Assembly (NCBI RefSeq): GCF_009834535.1
Contig: NC_045696.1
Span: 33,420,001 to 33,484,000 of the forward strand
Length of the DNA: 64,000 nucleotides
Source: Camelus ferus
Lineage: Eukaryota
Reading direction: 5' to 3'
Shown here: one piece after another, positions 52,571-64,000 of the stretch
How the letters are laid out: each line of letters starts with the position of its first letter
Position numbering within the stretch: position 1 is the first letter of the stretch
Position numbers and translations under genes: made by a program
Notes under the pieces: model-generated
What the model saw: the letters and a program-made list of their open reading frames with translations, nothing else
What the model was told of the DNA's origin: nothing
Databases searched by the model: none

Positions 52571-55500
52571 GGGGGGTCTGCCAAGATGGTGGGGGACAAA
52601 GACCCTGAGCTTACTTCCTTTCACAGGCACACTGAAATCACAACTATTTACAGAACAACTATCAATGAAAAAGATCAGAACCTATCAGAAAAGATCTTCT
52701 ACAACTTAAGATATTAACAAACCACACAGAGACAGGTAGGAGGGGCAGAGCTGTGATACAGGTAAGTCCCACACCCCCAGGTGGGTGACCACAAATAGGG
52801 AAATAATTACAATTGCAGAGGTTCTCCCAAAGGAGTGAGAGATCCAAGCCCCGCACTGGGCTCCCCAGCCAGGGGGCCCTGCACTGGGAAGATGAGCCTC
52901 CAGAGCATTTAGCTTTGAAGGTTAGTGGGGCTTAATTTAGGAATCCCAGGGGGCTGGGGGAAATAGAGACTTCATTAAAGAATGGACACAACATCTCACA
53001 CTCTCAGGTACCCATGGCAGAAGCAGTAATTTGATAAGCACCTGGGCTCAGAACTACCTGATGATCTTGAAGAATCTCCTGGAGAGGCAGGTGGCAAGTG
53101 CAACTCAACCTGGGGACAAAGACATTGGCAGAAGCCATTTTGGGGAGCACCTTTGGCCATGTGGACACTGGTGCTTATGAGAACAATTTTGGAACCCACC
53201 CTCTAGCTTAGTAACTCTAGGACCCAGCCCTGGTCCTGGCTCAGCATTGTGTAGGGGCCAGTGCTGGGATGCCTCAGGCAAAGCACATAACTTGGCATGG
53301 ACACAGCCCCACTCACCAGCAGATAGGCTGCCATAAGACCCCCTTTGCACACAGCTGCCTCTGGACACATCTCTGCCCACTAGAGAGACCAGGACCCAAC
53401 CCCATGCAACAGTGCATAAGCACTAGACCTGAGACCCTAAGGACCCTCCAGCCAGAGACCATAGAATCCAGCTTTACCCATTAGTGGGCAGGTACCAGCC
53501 CCAGCACTCCCTAGGCCCAGCCTCACTCACCAAAAAGCCTGCTTTAGCCTTGGGACCAGCCCCACCCACCAGGAAGCAGACATCAGCTGTAGAAAAACCA
53601 CAGCACTACAAGCTACAGACCCAGCCCACCCACCAGCAGGCCAGATCCTGCCCTGGGATCTGCTGGGATCTGCTGGGCTCTGGCCTTGCATACTACCCAG
53701 CCAGCACAAGCTTCAAGACACCTTGGGCCACAGAGACATATGTGTCAGGAACCAGCCCCATCCAACCCACAATCCAATACCAGATCTGGGACACCTGGGC
53801 CCTGCACCAGCCCCCAGGATTCATCTCGGCTCACCAGGAGGCCAGCATTGGCCACAGTACCTGGAAATAGTCCCAGAGTCTCCTGGACCCTGACTTCTGG
53901 CAACCAGTAAATCAGCATTAGATGCAGGGCACCCCAGGGTTCTGCAGGCAGTCACTTTATGACCTGGTCTCACTAACCAATGGCCAGTAACCTCTGCATA
54001 AGGCAGGACCTGTCAACCAACCAGACCAGGGGCTAACCACACTTGTCAGCCCATCACAACAGAAAGACCTACACAGCCCTCATAGGGGAACCCCTAGAGC
54101 ATTAGCCCTGGTGATGAAGAGGGAAGTGTGCTGCTGGGGACATACAAAACATCACCTACAAAAGGAACTTCTCCAAAATCAGGAAACATAACCAACCTAC
54201 CAGATACATTAAAAACAAACAACAAAGAACTTAAGCAAACTGAGGCTACAGAGAAACATGTTCTGAATGGAGGAACAATATAAAACCCATAAAGTAGTTG
54301 AGATAGGCAATCTACCCAAGAAAGAGTTCAGGATAGTGATCATAAAGATGATCAAAGAACTCAGGAGAAAAATGGAGGCACAGAGGTGAGAAGGCAGAAG
54401 TGTTTAACAGAGAGTTAAAAAAGTAAAGAACAACCAGAGATGAAAAATACAATAACTGAAATTAAAAATACACTAGAAGGAATAAACAGTAGACTAAATG
54501 AAACAGAGGAATGGATCAGCAAGCTGATCACATGACACTAAAAAGAAAAAAGAAAAAAAGAATGAAAAGAAATGAGGACCATCTAAGAGAACTCTGGGAC
54601 AATTCTAAGCACCCTAGCATTCATGTTATAGAGGTCCCAGAGGAGAAGAGAAAGAAAGGAACTGAGAACATAAATGAAGACATAATAGCTAAAATTTTCC
54701 CTAACCTGGGAAAGAAAATAGACATCCAAGTCCAGGAATGGCAGAGAGTCCCAGTTAGGATTAACCCAAAGAGGAACATAGCAAGACACATTGTAATTAA
54801 AATGGCAAAAATTAAAGATAAAGAGAGAATATTAAAAGTATCAAGGACAAAACAGCAAGTTACATACAAGGGAATCTCCATAAGGTTATCACTGACTTTT
54901 TAGCAGAAACTCTGCAGTCCAGAAGGGAGTGGCATGATGTACTTAAAGTGATGAAAGAGAAAAACCTATCACCAAGAATAGTCTACCCAGCAAGTCTCTC
55001 ATTCAGATTTGATGTAGATATAAAAGATTGTAAGAGATTACTATGAAAAATTATACATCAATAAATGGACAACCTAGAAGAAATGGACAAATTCCTAGAT
55101 ATATACACTTTCCCAAGACTGAACTCCCAACAAACAGAAGTCCAGGGCCAAATGCTTTCACAAGTGAATTCTATCAAACCTTTAGAGAAGAAATAACACC
55201 TATTCTTCCCAACCTATTCAAAAAAAAATTGCAAAAGAAGGAACACTACCAAACTCATTCTATGATGCCAGTATCATCTGATACCAAAACCAGAAAAATT
55301 TATCACAAAATAAGAAAATTACAGGCTAATATCACTGATGAGCACAGATGCAAAACTCCTCAACAAAATATTAGCAAACCAAATCCAAAAATACATCAAA
55401 AGGATTGTACACCACGATGAAGTAGAATTTATCCCAGGGAGGCAAGGATTTTTCAATATCTGCAGATCAATCAATGTGATACACCACATTAAATAAGTGA

Positions 55501-56468
55501 AGAATAAAAGCCATGTGATCATCTCAATAGATGCAGACAAGGCTTTTGACAAACTTTAATGTCATTTACAATAAAAATTCTCCAGAACGTGGGAACAGAG
55601 GGAACACAACCAATAAAATAAAGTCCACAGCTAACATCATACTCAATGTTGAATAGCTAAAAGCTTTTCCTCTAAGATAGGAATAAGACAAGTATACTCA
55701 CTCTTGCTACTTTTATTCAACATACTATTGGATGTCCTAATCACAACAATCAGACAAGAAAAATAAATAAAAGGAGTCCAAATTGGAAAGGAAGAAGTAA
55801 AACTGTCACTGTCTGCAGATGACATGAAACTATACATAGAAGCCTAAAGAAGCCACCAGAAAACCATTAGAGCTCATCAATAAATTTGATAAAGTTGCAG
55901 GATACAAAAGTAATATGCAGAAATCTGCTGCAATTCAATACACTAGCAACAAAGTATTAGAAAGAGAAATTAAGGAAACAATCCTATTTGCAACTGCATC
56001 AAAAAGAATAGAATACGTAGGAATAAAACTACGTAAGGAGGTAAAAGATCTGTACTCAGAAAATCATAAGACACTGATGAAAGAAATTAAAGTCAACACA
56101 AATAGATGGAAAGATATACCAGTGTTCATGGATTGGAAGGATTAATATTGTTAAAATGACCATACTACCCGAGGTAATAGATTCAATGCAATTCCTAGCA
56201 AAATACCAATGGTAGTTTTCACAGAACAAGAACAAATAATTTTAATATTTGTAAGGAAAAGACCTCAAATAGCCAAAATGATTTTGAGAAAGAACAGAAC
56301 TGTAGGAGGCACACTCCCTGACTTAGACTATATTACAAAGCCACAGTACTTAAAGCAGTATGGTACTCGCCAAAAAAAAAAAAAAAAAAAAAAAAAACCC
56401 ACATACATAGATCAATGGAATAGGATAGAGAGCCCATAAAGAAACCTACACACTTATGATAAATTTAC
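52571..56468 (+). mobile_element. Decayed L1: 5'UTR, ORF1, internally deleted ORF2; 3' end missing
   Basis: gggggg...CCAAGATGG start; ORF 54511-54903 is ORF1p-like (FPNLGKKIDIQVQEWQRVPVRINPKRNIARHIVIKM); RT motif mutated to SADDM near 55812; stops at acacacttatgataaattta. Confidence 0.92.
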
Positions 56469-57400
56469 CAGTTGGAAAATGGACATATTTCCTCATTTTA
56501 CTTAATAAAGTGTAATCATTCATAAGTACAATTATAAAATGTTTTAACATTGACTTATGTCAGCACTATAATCTTTTTTGCTGTAATTGTAGTCAATATT
56601 TTTGAAAGTATTAATATGTTGGAAAAATATACCAAATATATGCAATAATAAAGTCTATTCTTTTAAAATTTTATTAGATTCTCAGTAAAGGAATACATAT
56701 ATTTTCTGGATACTTGGAAAATATAGACAAACACCAAACAACACAAGGAAAGTAAAGGGGAAATAATAAGTATTAATATCTCTCTTGAAGACTATCATTA
56801 AAAAATCAATATTTAAATTTATGACTTATTTGCTGCCTTAGAAAGTGTTCATAGACCATAAATAATCATATTAAAATTGAAGTTTCTTACTATATATTAA
56901 AATCATATTTTAAAATTCATCAAATTGTATATCTGAGATACGTGCAGTTTACTTGTACAGGAACCATACCACAATAAAGGCGTTAAAAAATTCTATTTTA
57001 GAAGATATGTATTTAATGATAGATTAAAAATTTAACCTGCTATTTAAGAACTAAATAGTATACTTTACGACTGTTTTAGGACTGATACCTTTGATCTGTG
57101 CTGCCAGATTTGCAGATTTAATATTTTAAAATATTTTAAATAGTTAATACACTTTGACATTATTGCTATTTCAAGTGTTTCTCTAAGATGTAAGTCAATT
57201 AGTATTTTTTAATGCAGAGACAATGAGATTTTAAAATTTTATTAGCAATGTTAACTCAATGTAGTTTTTACTGCTAACTTTGTTTTAATATATTAAACTA
57301 CTTGATATTTCTTTGTTTCCTAAGATTCATTTCCAATGTGCTTTTAAAATTTACTTTAAAGTAAGTAGAGTAGCAGCTGAACATAACCTATGCCACATAG

Positions 57401-57824
57401 TGTTATATGCTGTTTTATATTCCTTGAAAATTCATATGCTGGATTCCTAGTTTATAACACATCAATATAACTTTATCAAAATAAAGTATCTTTATTTGGG
57501 GATATGGTCTTCAAAGAAATATATTAAAATAAGATCATTAGTGTGGCACTAATCCAATAGGAATAGTGTCCTCACAAGAAGAGGAAATTTGGACACAAAC
57601 ATAAACAAAGTAGAGATGATATGAAGACACAGAGAGAAGACAGCCATCCACAGGCCAAAGAGAGTCTTGGAACAGATCCTTCCCCTGCAGCCCTTAAAGG
57701 AACCAGTCTTGCTGAGCCTTGATCTTGGACATCCAGCCTCCAGAACTGTGAGAAAATACATTTCTGATGTTGAAGCCACCTGGTCTGTGATACCTTACAA
57801 GAATTCACCTGGCAAACTAATAAA
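57401..57824 (+). mobile_element. MLT1B-like MaLR LTR
   Basis: aaattcatatgctgg...ctaatccaataggaatagtgtcctcacaagaagaggaaatttggacac...ccagcctccagaactgtgagaaaatacatttctg...gcaaactaata. Confidence 0.85.
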
Positions 57825-58109
57825 CTTAGTTAAAACTAAGAATTTAAACTTAAACTTAAGTATTTAAACTTAGAATTTACAGAACCAATAATTATTAAGG
57901 GCAGTAGTACCTAGTAACTTGCATGCATAAGTCTGAATACTAGATAAGGAAATCAGTCTCTACCAAAGGTTGTTCATTACAGATGTCATGTGATGTGTGA
58001 CCCACTTATCATTTCACAAATAGTGCAAACTGTAGAATTAACAATAATTCTGACTGATTTACATACACATTTATATTATTGTTGAAAAGATTATAGAACC
58101 TAAACGAAG

Positions 58110-58785
58110 AGCTCCACTTCCAGTTAAGGCAGCATGAGGAACTCTGAGGACGCCCACCATAGTGAAAGTGGTGAAAATTTAAAAAAAAAAAAAATTTTAA
58201 ATTTTCTGTAAATAGTCTTAAGGGCATATACCAAATGAAAAATATTTATTCAAGAAAATCTACTAAAAGTTGATAAGAACTACAAAAGGCTGTGTTATTT
58301 CAACCCAGACCCATATCGCCCCTCCAGCCTCCCAGCTCAGCTAGGCAGAAACTCCACTCTAGCCTGTACAACCAAGAACATAGTCTCATTCTCCATCCAA
58401 ATCTCAGCCATGGGGTAACTCTCCTAAAATAAGCAAGATATCAGCATTTCTCACCTTGCCCCAGCTACCTGTTGCTGAGGCTAAGTTCTGTGCCAGTGTG
58501 GCTGAGGAGTGGGCTCCCTTCATCTGCCCAGTTCCCACTTGTTGATGGAACTCTACCTTGGGAACAGCACTGCTATAGTGGGATCCTCATTGCCCATGTC
58601 CAGGGTTCTGGGTTGGGGTGATACAGTGAGAGAGGCAAGCCATAGAGACCTGGGACTTCTGCTCCATCCAGTAGACGAAGCGCTAGATTGGATGTCACTC
58701 ATGGTCCTCACTCACTCCCAGCACCAGGGTAGTGGCTCAAAGATTTTGTCCAGGAGGGAAAGCAGTCCATAGAAGAGAGCTCCAA
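58110..58785 (+). mobile_element. Old L1 5'UTR-like fragment
   Basis: cttccagttaaggcagc...atttattcaagaaaatctactaaaag resembles recalled L1M 5' ends. Confidence 0.5.
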
Positions 58786-58789
58786 TCCC

Positions 58790-59722
58790 CAAAGAAAGTC
58801 CAGAAATAAACCAACACACTTACATCAATTAATCTACAACAAAGGAGGCAAGAATAGACAATGGAGAAAAGACAATCTTTTAATAAGTGCTTCTGGGAAA
58901 ACTGGACAGCTACATATAAAAGAATGAAATTAGAACATTCTCTAATACCATATACAAAAACAAACAAAATGGGTTAAAGACCTAAATGTAAGACTGGATA
59001 CTATAAAACTCCTAGAGGAAAACATAGGCAGAACACTCTTTGACATAAATTTCAGCAACATTGTTTTTTGAACCAGCTCCTAGAGTAGTGGAAATAAAAG
59101 CAAAAATAAGCAATGGGACCTAATTAAACTTAAAAGCTTTTGCACAGCAAAGGAAACTGTAAATAAAGCAAAAAGACAACCTACAGAATGGGAGAAAATA
59201 TCTGCAAATGACATGGACCATCAAGGGACTAATTTCCAAAATATACAAACAGCTCATGTGCCTTAATATATATATAAAAAAAATTAACAAATCAATCAAA
59301 AAACAGGCAGAAGACCTAAATAGACATTTCTCCAAAGAAGACATCCAGATAGCCAATAGGAATATGAAAAGATGCTCAATACTGCTAATTATTAGAGAAA
59401 TGCAAATCCAAACTACAATGAGGTTATCACCTCACACCAGTCAGAATGGCCATCATTAAAATATCTACAACTAATAAATGCTGGAAAGGGTGTGGAGAAA
59501 AAGGAATCCTCCTACATTGTTGGTGGGAATGTAAATTGGTGCAGCCACTATGGAGGACAGTAGGAAGGTTCCTTAAAAACTAAAAATAGACTTACCATAT
59601 GATCCAGCTGATCCCACTTCCTGGGCATATATCTGAAGAAAACTACAATTTGAAAAGACACAGGCACTCCAACGTTCACAGAAGCACTATCTACAATAGC
59701 CAAGACTTAGGAACAACCTGAC
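58790..59722 (+). mobile_element. L1 ORF2 C-terminal fragment
   Basis: ORF 59208-59459 ([26 protein letters not shown]); [13 protein letters not shown] encoded from 59515; ends before the 3'UTR. Confidence 0.92.
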
Positions 59723-59932
59723 TGTCAACAGGTGACTGCCCTATTGTTTCTTAATTGTTCCTCTTTTGTTTCTGCATTCCCTCCTTTCCCTGATTAGCAA
59801 TTGTTTGAATTTGTCTTTTGGAACTCGGGGAAGGTCAAGGAGGCTGAATGAAGCCTTTTTCCTACAAACTGAAAAAAGGGAACTTCGAAAGATTTGCACC
59901 AGGAAGCACCCCACAGGGTCCTGCTTTGTATC
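59723..59932 (-). mobile_element. Cetartiodactyl ERV1 LTR 5' fragment
   Basis: ttccctgattagcaattgtttgaat...ggaaggtcaaggaggctgaatgaagcc...ccccacagggtcctgct recalled from bovid/camelid LTRs. Confidence 0.7.
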
Positions 59933-60308
59933 GGTTATGTTCTATAAATTCATTGCAAATGTTGAATTAGTGAATACTGAATCATTTTGCCCTAGGAGAA
60001 ATACAGGAGTAAATTCCTACGTCTGGTCACAACATTTTTCACATGGGATTGATTCATAACCTTGTTTTACGTGTGTTTTTATTTGAAGACATCAGTTATT
60101 TAATACATATTGTTGATTCATTAACAATGAACTCACATCCAACAGTGCTTATCTAACATATATATTCTCTCCCTAAGACACACAGAGCCCTCTTGTGTTT
60201 AGACACATTGTATAGCACTTAAGCACTATACTTTGGACCATTTTAAACAGCAAAATCACCAACATAAAGCACAAGAGCATGGCTCTAAATTCCTAAAAGG
60301 ACACTTTT
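59933..60308. mobile_element. MER82-like TcMar-Tigger fragment
   Basis: gaattagtgaatactgaatc...cctaggagaaatacagg...ctggtcacaacatttt...ccattttaaacagcaaaatcaccaac. Confidence 0.75.
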
Positions 60309-60511
60309 AGTGATCCTAATATATCACTGAAAACCTGTTGACTGGCATAGACTCATTCCATACAACATATGAGCTAATAATGTGAATATATGAATAATGA
60401 TTTTTCATTAAGCCCAATGAAATAAAGTTAAATAATTCAGAATGTCATAAGAATGTATGGCATATATTAATATGCATACATTAATATACCACAAATAAAA
60501 TGTTGAAATGG

Positions 60512-60715
60512 AGTCTAAGTCTGTTTGGGATGCCATGACAAAAATACCATAGATTAGGTGGCTTAAACAACAGAAATTTATTTCTCACAATTCTGGAAGC
60601 TGAGAAATCCAAGATCAAGGTGCTGGCAGACTCACTTTCTGGTTTGCAAATGGACACCTTCTTGCTGTATCCTCACATACTGAGAAAGAGAGAAAAGAGA
60701 GGGAGGGAGAGAAAG
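60512..60715 (-). mobile_element. MLT1A-like LTR fragment
   Basis: aaaataccatagattaggtggcttaaacaacagaaatttatttctcacaattctggaagctgagaaatccaagatcaaggtgctggcag. Confidence 0.85.
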
Positions 60716-60849
60716 AGGTAGATTCTACTTTGTTCCAAACACAGCACTTAGTTTTGGAGTTAATAATGAGAAAGAGATAATATCTCTGCTCTCAGGGAGT
60801 TTGTAGTTTATAAGGAAGATAACCATAAAGGAAGTAATTATGAGGGTAA

Positions 60850-61450
60850 TAAATGTTAGGAATCCTATAGAGAAATAAGAATCCAGAAGAAAAAATAGAA
60901 CAGAATCAACAAACAAATAATCGAATTAAATTTGCAAAAAATGGAAAGAGAAAAGTCAAATGACTGATATAAAGATTTCATTATGTCCCAGTAAATATCA
61001 ATAAAAGTTTAGCACACTTAGACACAAAACAAGGTAAAAAATTGAATTAAAAACACATATACATATCTTACATTCAATTAGGCACAAATGTATAACAGAA
61101 CAAAAATTAGGTATTTTAATTTTCATTAAATTTCTCATTAATTCTACAAAAATGGCACAATATTTCAGAGATTTGCTGGGAAAAAAGGTTTGATCTAATA
61201 ACTTATTCTCTCTGTGAAGAATAAGAAAGTATTTTCAAATACATAATGGTTCAAAAATTACTATACCTATAACCTTTATCTTAGAAGTAAAATGATGTAA
61301 AAATATACTTAATTGGAATATATATTAAAGTCATTAACTCAGGATTGGAAAAGTTGTGGTAACCTATAAAGTACTGTATAATAGTGTTAAACTAGAATAT
61401 AATACATCATTCATATGATATGTTCAAAGAGTTTTAAACGACCTGAGAAA
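60850..61450 (+). mobile_element. Very old L1 ORF1-like fragment
   Basis: A-rich degenerate ORF1-like sequence. Confidence 0.35.
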
Positions 61451-61454
61451 TAAC

Positions 61455-62011
61455 TGTCACCAGGAGGAGGAAAGTAAGTTACCTCGGTTCTTAGTCAATC
61501 CCATAAAAGAATTTTTAATAAAAGAAAGTGTGATATACACAGAAAATTTTATTAGTGAAGTAAAAAGTTAGAAAAATATAGTATACCTCTGAGAATTGGG
61601 GGCGGGCCAATCCAAGAGAAGAAAATGGTGCCCCTCCTTTGTCCTGTTTTATATCCTGGCTTAGGGGGCATTTTTGTGACTGACTGATGCATGGCTCATG
61701 TGCCTTGTGCTCAGGCATGTCCATCTCTTTTACACATGTTTTTACCCATGATACACACAGAGAAACCTATGGGAGGGGGCTCAAACTGCAATGTTAATTA
61801 CACTATAATGAGCATTGGGTCAAGTCAAGTCAGGACCTTCTCTTTACTGTGCAGCTGCAGCATTCGATTCTAGCTGGCTTCTTTGCTGGCCCTCATTTAG
61901 AGAAAGTAAAAAATTTCTGGGGCTCCTTAACCTAAGTGCAGGCATACTGTTATTTTCTGGGTTGCTCCTTTCCCTTTCCTCTCCCCTGTCCAGTGCTCTA
62001 ACTGCCTAACA
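61455..62011 (-). mobile_element. ERV1-type solo LTR
   Basis: TG...CA ends; 4-bp TSD taac/taat with one mismatch; on the minus strand a TATA (ggatataaa near 61650) lies about 100 bp before AATAAA (near 61550). Confidence 0.75.
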
Positions 62012-62029
62012 TAATTACAAAGTCTAACT

Positions 62030-62230
62030 GATATTAAAAACTTCCTATGTGCCAGATACTGTCCCAAGTATTTTATATGTATTACATCATTCAATCTTTA
62101 TACAATCTCACTAGCTTCATTTTACTTTTGAGGAAACTGAGGCACAAAGAGTTTAAATAAATTGTACATCCATGTATCTGGTGTTTGAACAAAAATAACC
62201 TAATTCCAAGGTCTACTCTTTATTTCTCAT
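62030..62230. mobile_element. MIR
   Basis: ctatgtgccagatactgtcccaagtatttt...gaggaaactgaggcacaaagag. Confidence 0.8.
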
Positions 62231-62287
62231 AATATGCTATTAAGAGGAGGAAAAACTGCAGAACACAATATCGTATGGTGTGATTTT

Positions 62288-62407
62288 TTCACTTTGTTCT
62301 TAAAATTGTTTATTTTTATTTATATTTATATTAATGGAGATACTGGGAATTGAACTCTGATTCTGTGCATGCTATGACACTCTACTACTGAGCAATACCA
62401 ACCCCCC
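62288..62407 (-). mobile_element. Older Vic-1-like SINE
   Basis: T-rich tail then aatggagatactgggaattgaactctg...actctactactgagcaataccaacccccc; TSD atggtgtgatttt (62275-62287) / atgttgtgatttt (62408-62420). Confidence 0.8.
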
Positions 62408-62679
62408 ATGTTGTGATTTTGATATCATTTATTTCAACCAATCTTTATAAAGGAATACCAAGAGCCATGCACTGTGGGTATCATACTTTAAATTTTCTAT
62501 AATTAGAGTATATTAACTGATAAAATGTTTCATTTTTAATTAAACAGAAAAATACAGTAAAAAGCATGTTAAAAAAAGTTTCATAATTAAAAGTGATTAT
62601 TTCTTTCAATTTTGACTTTATATAATTTTTCTTAAAAATAAAATATTATATGTAAACTCTAAGTCCCTTCTTCCCAATA

Positions 62680-63130
62680 AAATTTTAATTCCATTTCTCC
62701 ACGGTGACAAGAAGTAAGGAGTGGGTAGACTATCATAATTTAATGTAATACTTTATAATCCTTGTATTTATATTTTGTTTACCTATAAATATTTCTATAA
62801 ACACAAAGAGGAACTGTTTACATGATGTTATAAAGTTACATGAAGTCCTTCTGCAGCTTGATTTACTTACTTATTTTTTTCTTGAGATATAGCCAAACTG
62901 AGGTATGTACAACTAGTTTATTTTTAACTCCTACGTATTATTCAAAATATTCCGTTCTCCTGCTGAAGTACCCAAGTGATTTTCATGTGTTTTGAAATAT
63001 AAACAATGCTACAACGAACATATTTGGGTATATACTCTTATACACATTAGGAAAGCTTTCTCTAGGATGTAAATCTAAAAGTAAGATTGCAGGGTCATCA
63101 GAGATACACAGTTTTTTTCCCCCCAGTTTT
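62680..63130 (-). mobile_element. Old L1ME-like fragment
   Basis: ataaacaatgctacaacgaacat...ctttctctaggatgtaaatctaaaagtaagattgcagggtcatcaga; ORF 62983-63186 (DDPAILLLDLHPRE...MFVVALF). Confidence 0.65.
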
Positions 63131-63139
63131 ATAGGTATT

Positions 63140-63451
63140 GTTTTGCAGTTTCTAGTTACACATGTAAGAAGCTTGAAAGATACCACTTTATCCTAACAAT
63201 AAGTAAAAAGCTGAACAGACTGAAAAATCAACAAATCTTGTATTCATAAAAGAGAAGAGGACACAGGCAAACAACTGCCTCTATAATTGGAGGGTGAGAC
63301 AGGAAAATAAAGGAATCATGGCTTACCTGAAGCAGAGACCAGCAAGCAGAAACCACCCTGGGATCCTGTACTGGGACAGGAAAACCTGAACTTATTTCAC
63401 AAATTGCTGGAGGCTTAGTGTGGACGAGTCTGCGAGTTAAAAACTCCAAGC
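63140..63451 (+). mobile_element. Old L1 5' end fragment
   Basis: atgtaagaagcttgaaag...cctaacaataagtaaaaagctgaacagactgaaaaatcaacaa. Confidence 0.55.
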
Positions 63452-64000
63452 GGGGAAAGAAGGGCCAAGATGGCAGAGTAGAAGGGCACCTGTAGCTCAC
63501 TCTCCCACTAACAACACCAAGAGTGACATCCATGGACCCTCCCAGCCAATCAGAGCACCTGAAAAACTCTGACAGAACATCGCCTTCTTCAATAGACAAA
63601 ATACGCAACGAAGCTCATAGGAGAAAAGGAAAAAAGAAGGAAGAAAAAGCAAAACAGTGTGGGACCGATTCCGCGGGGAGGGAGCGGCAAAGGAGGAACA
63701 GCGCTCAGGTTGCTGAATCTCCCCCTCTCCAACGGAGAGGTCAGCGGGATGGAGGGGGAGCCTCTGAGGCTCGGATCTGTACAGAGTACCCCTTGACTGA
63801 CAGAACTAAGTTAAACGTGCACAAATGACCCCCAGCCCTAGACTCAAACCAGCAGGTGAGGGACGGAACAGGCTGCCCGAGCCGGGTGGACTCGCGCAGA
63901 CGCAACCTCTGGCGACTACAGTGCCCTGTGCGCGGTGCCTGGGAGGGTTTACAGATCAGAACAGCCTGGGTTCCCATAAAATACAAACAAAAAAAAAGCA
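63452..64000 (+). mobile_element. 5'UTR of a young L1 running off the window
   Basis: Follows TT/AAAAACTCCAAGC; starts GGGG with the YY1-like motif CCAAGATGGC (63465-63474); much richer in CpG than the rest of the window. Confidence 0.8.

Noticed and set aside
56372..56397. A26 run as an L1 poly-A tail
   Set aside because: ORF2 sequence continues colinearly on both sides and there is no TSD; best explained as expansion of an internal A-run.
1..64000. Short ORFs in the six-frame track as host genes
   Set aside because: All are 154 aa or shorter. They are either L1-derived (e.g. 27881, 54511, 55043, 55915, 59208), overlap MaLR/MER/LTR repeats (e.g. 7687, 22345, 46027, 57549) or show no recognisable protein family.

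Overview
AT-rich mammalian genomic DNA, most likely camelid (alpaca, llama or camel). The basis is three tRNA-derived SINEs resembling the camelid Vic-1 family, cetartiodactyl-type L1/LTR sequences, and no ruminant BovB/Bov-tA that I could see. I found no supportable protein-coding exon or RNA gene: the ORF track is L1/ERV remnants or chance ORFs, so the window is intergenic or deep intronic. It is dominated by transposable elements of many ages: L1, L2, L3, MIR, MaLR, ERV1/ERV2 LTRs and DNA transposons. Main highlights: (1) a young-looking ERV2-type solo LTR (3667-4275, perfect 6-bp TSD) carrying a nearly intact single-loop Constitutive Transport Element (CTE, NXF1/TAP-binding hairpin); (2) a 1.35-kb chimeric ERV env/LTR cassette that appears to have been retroposed by L1 (19-bp TSD, poly-A); (3) a 47-bp near-perfect dispersed duplication in unique DNA; (4) several clear TPRT events, including a twin-priming inversion, a 37-bp micro-L1 and nested insertions. 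Repeat family names come from recalled consensus sequences, not database searches. Boundaries of old repeats are approximate.
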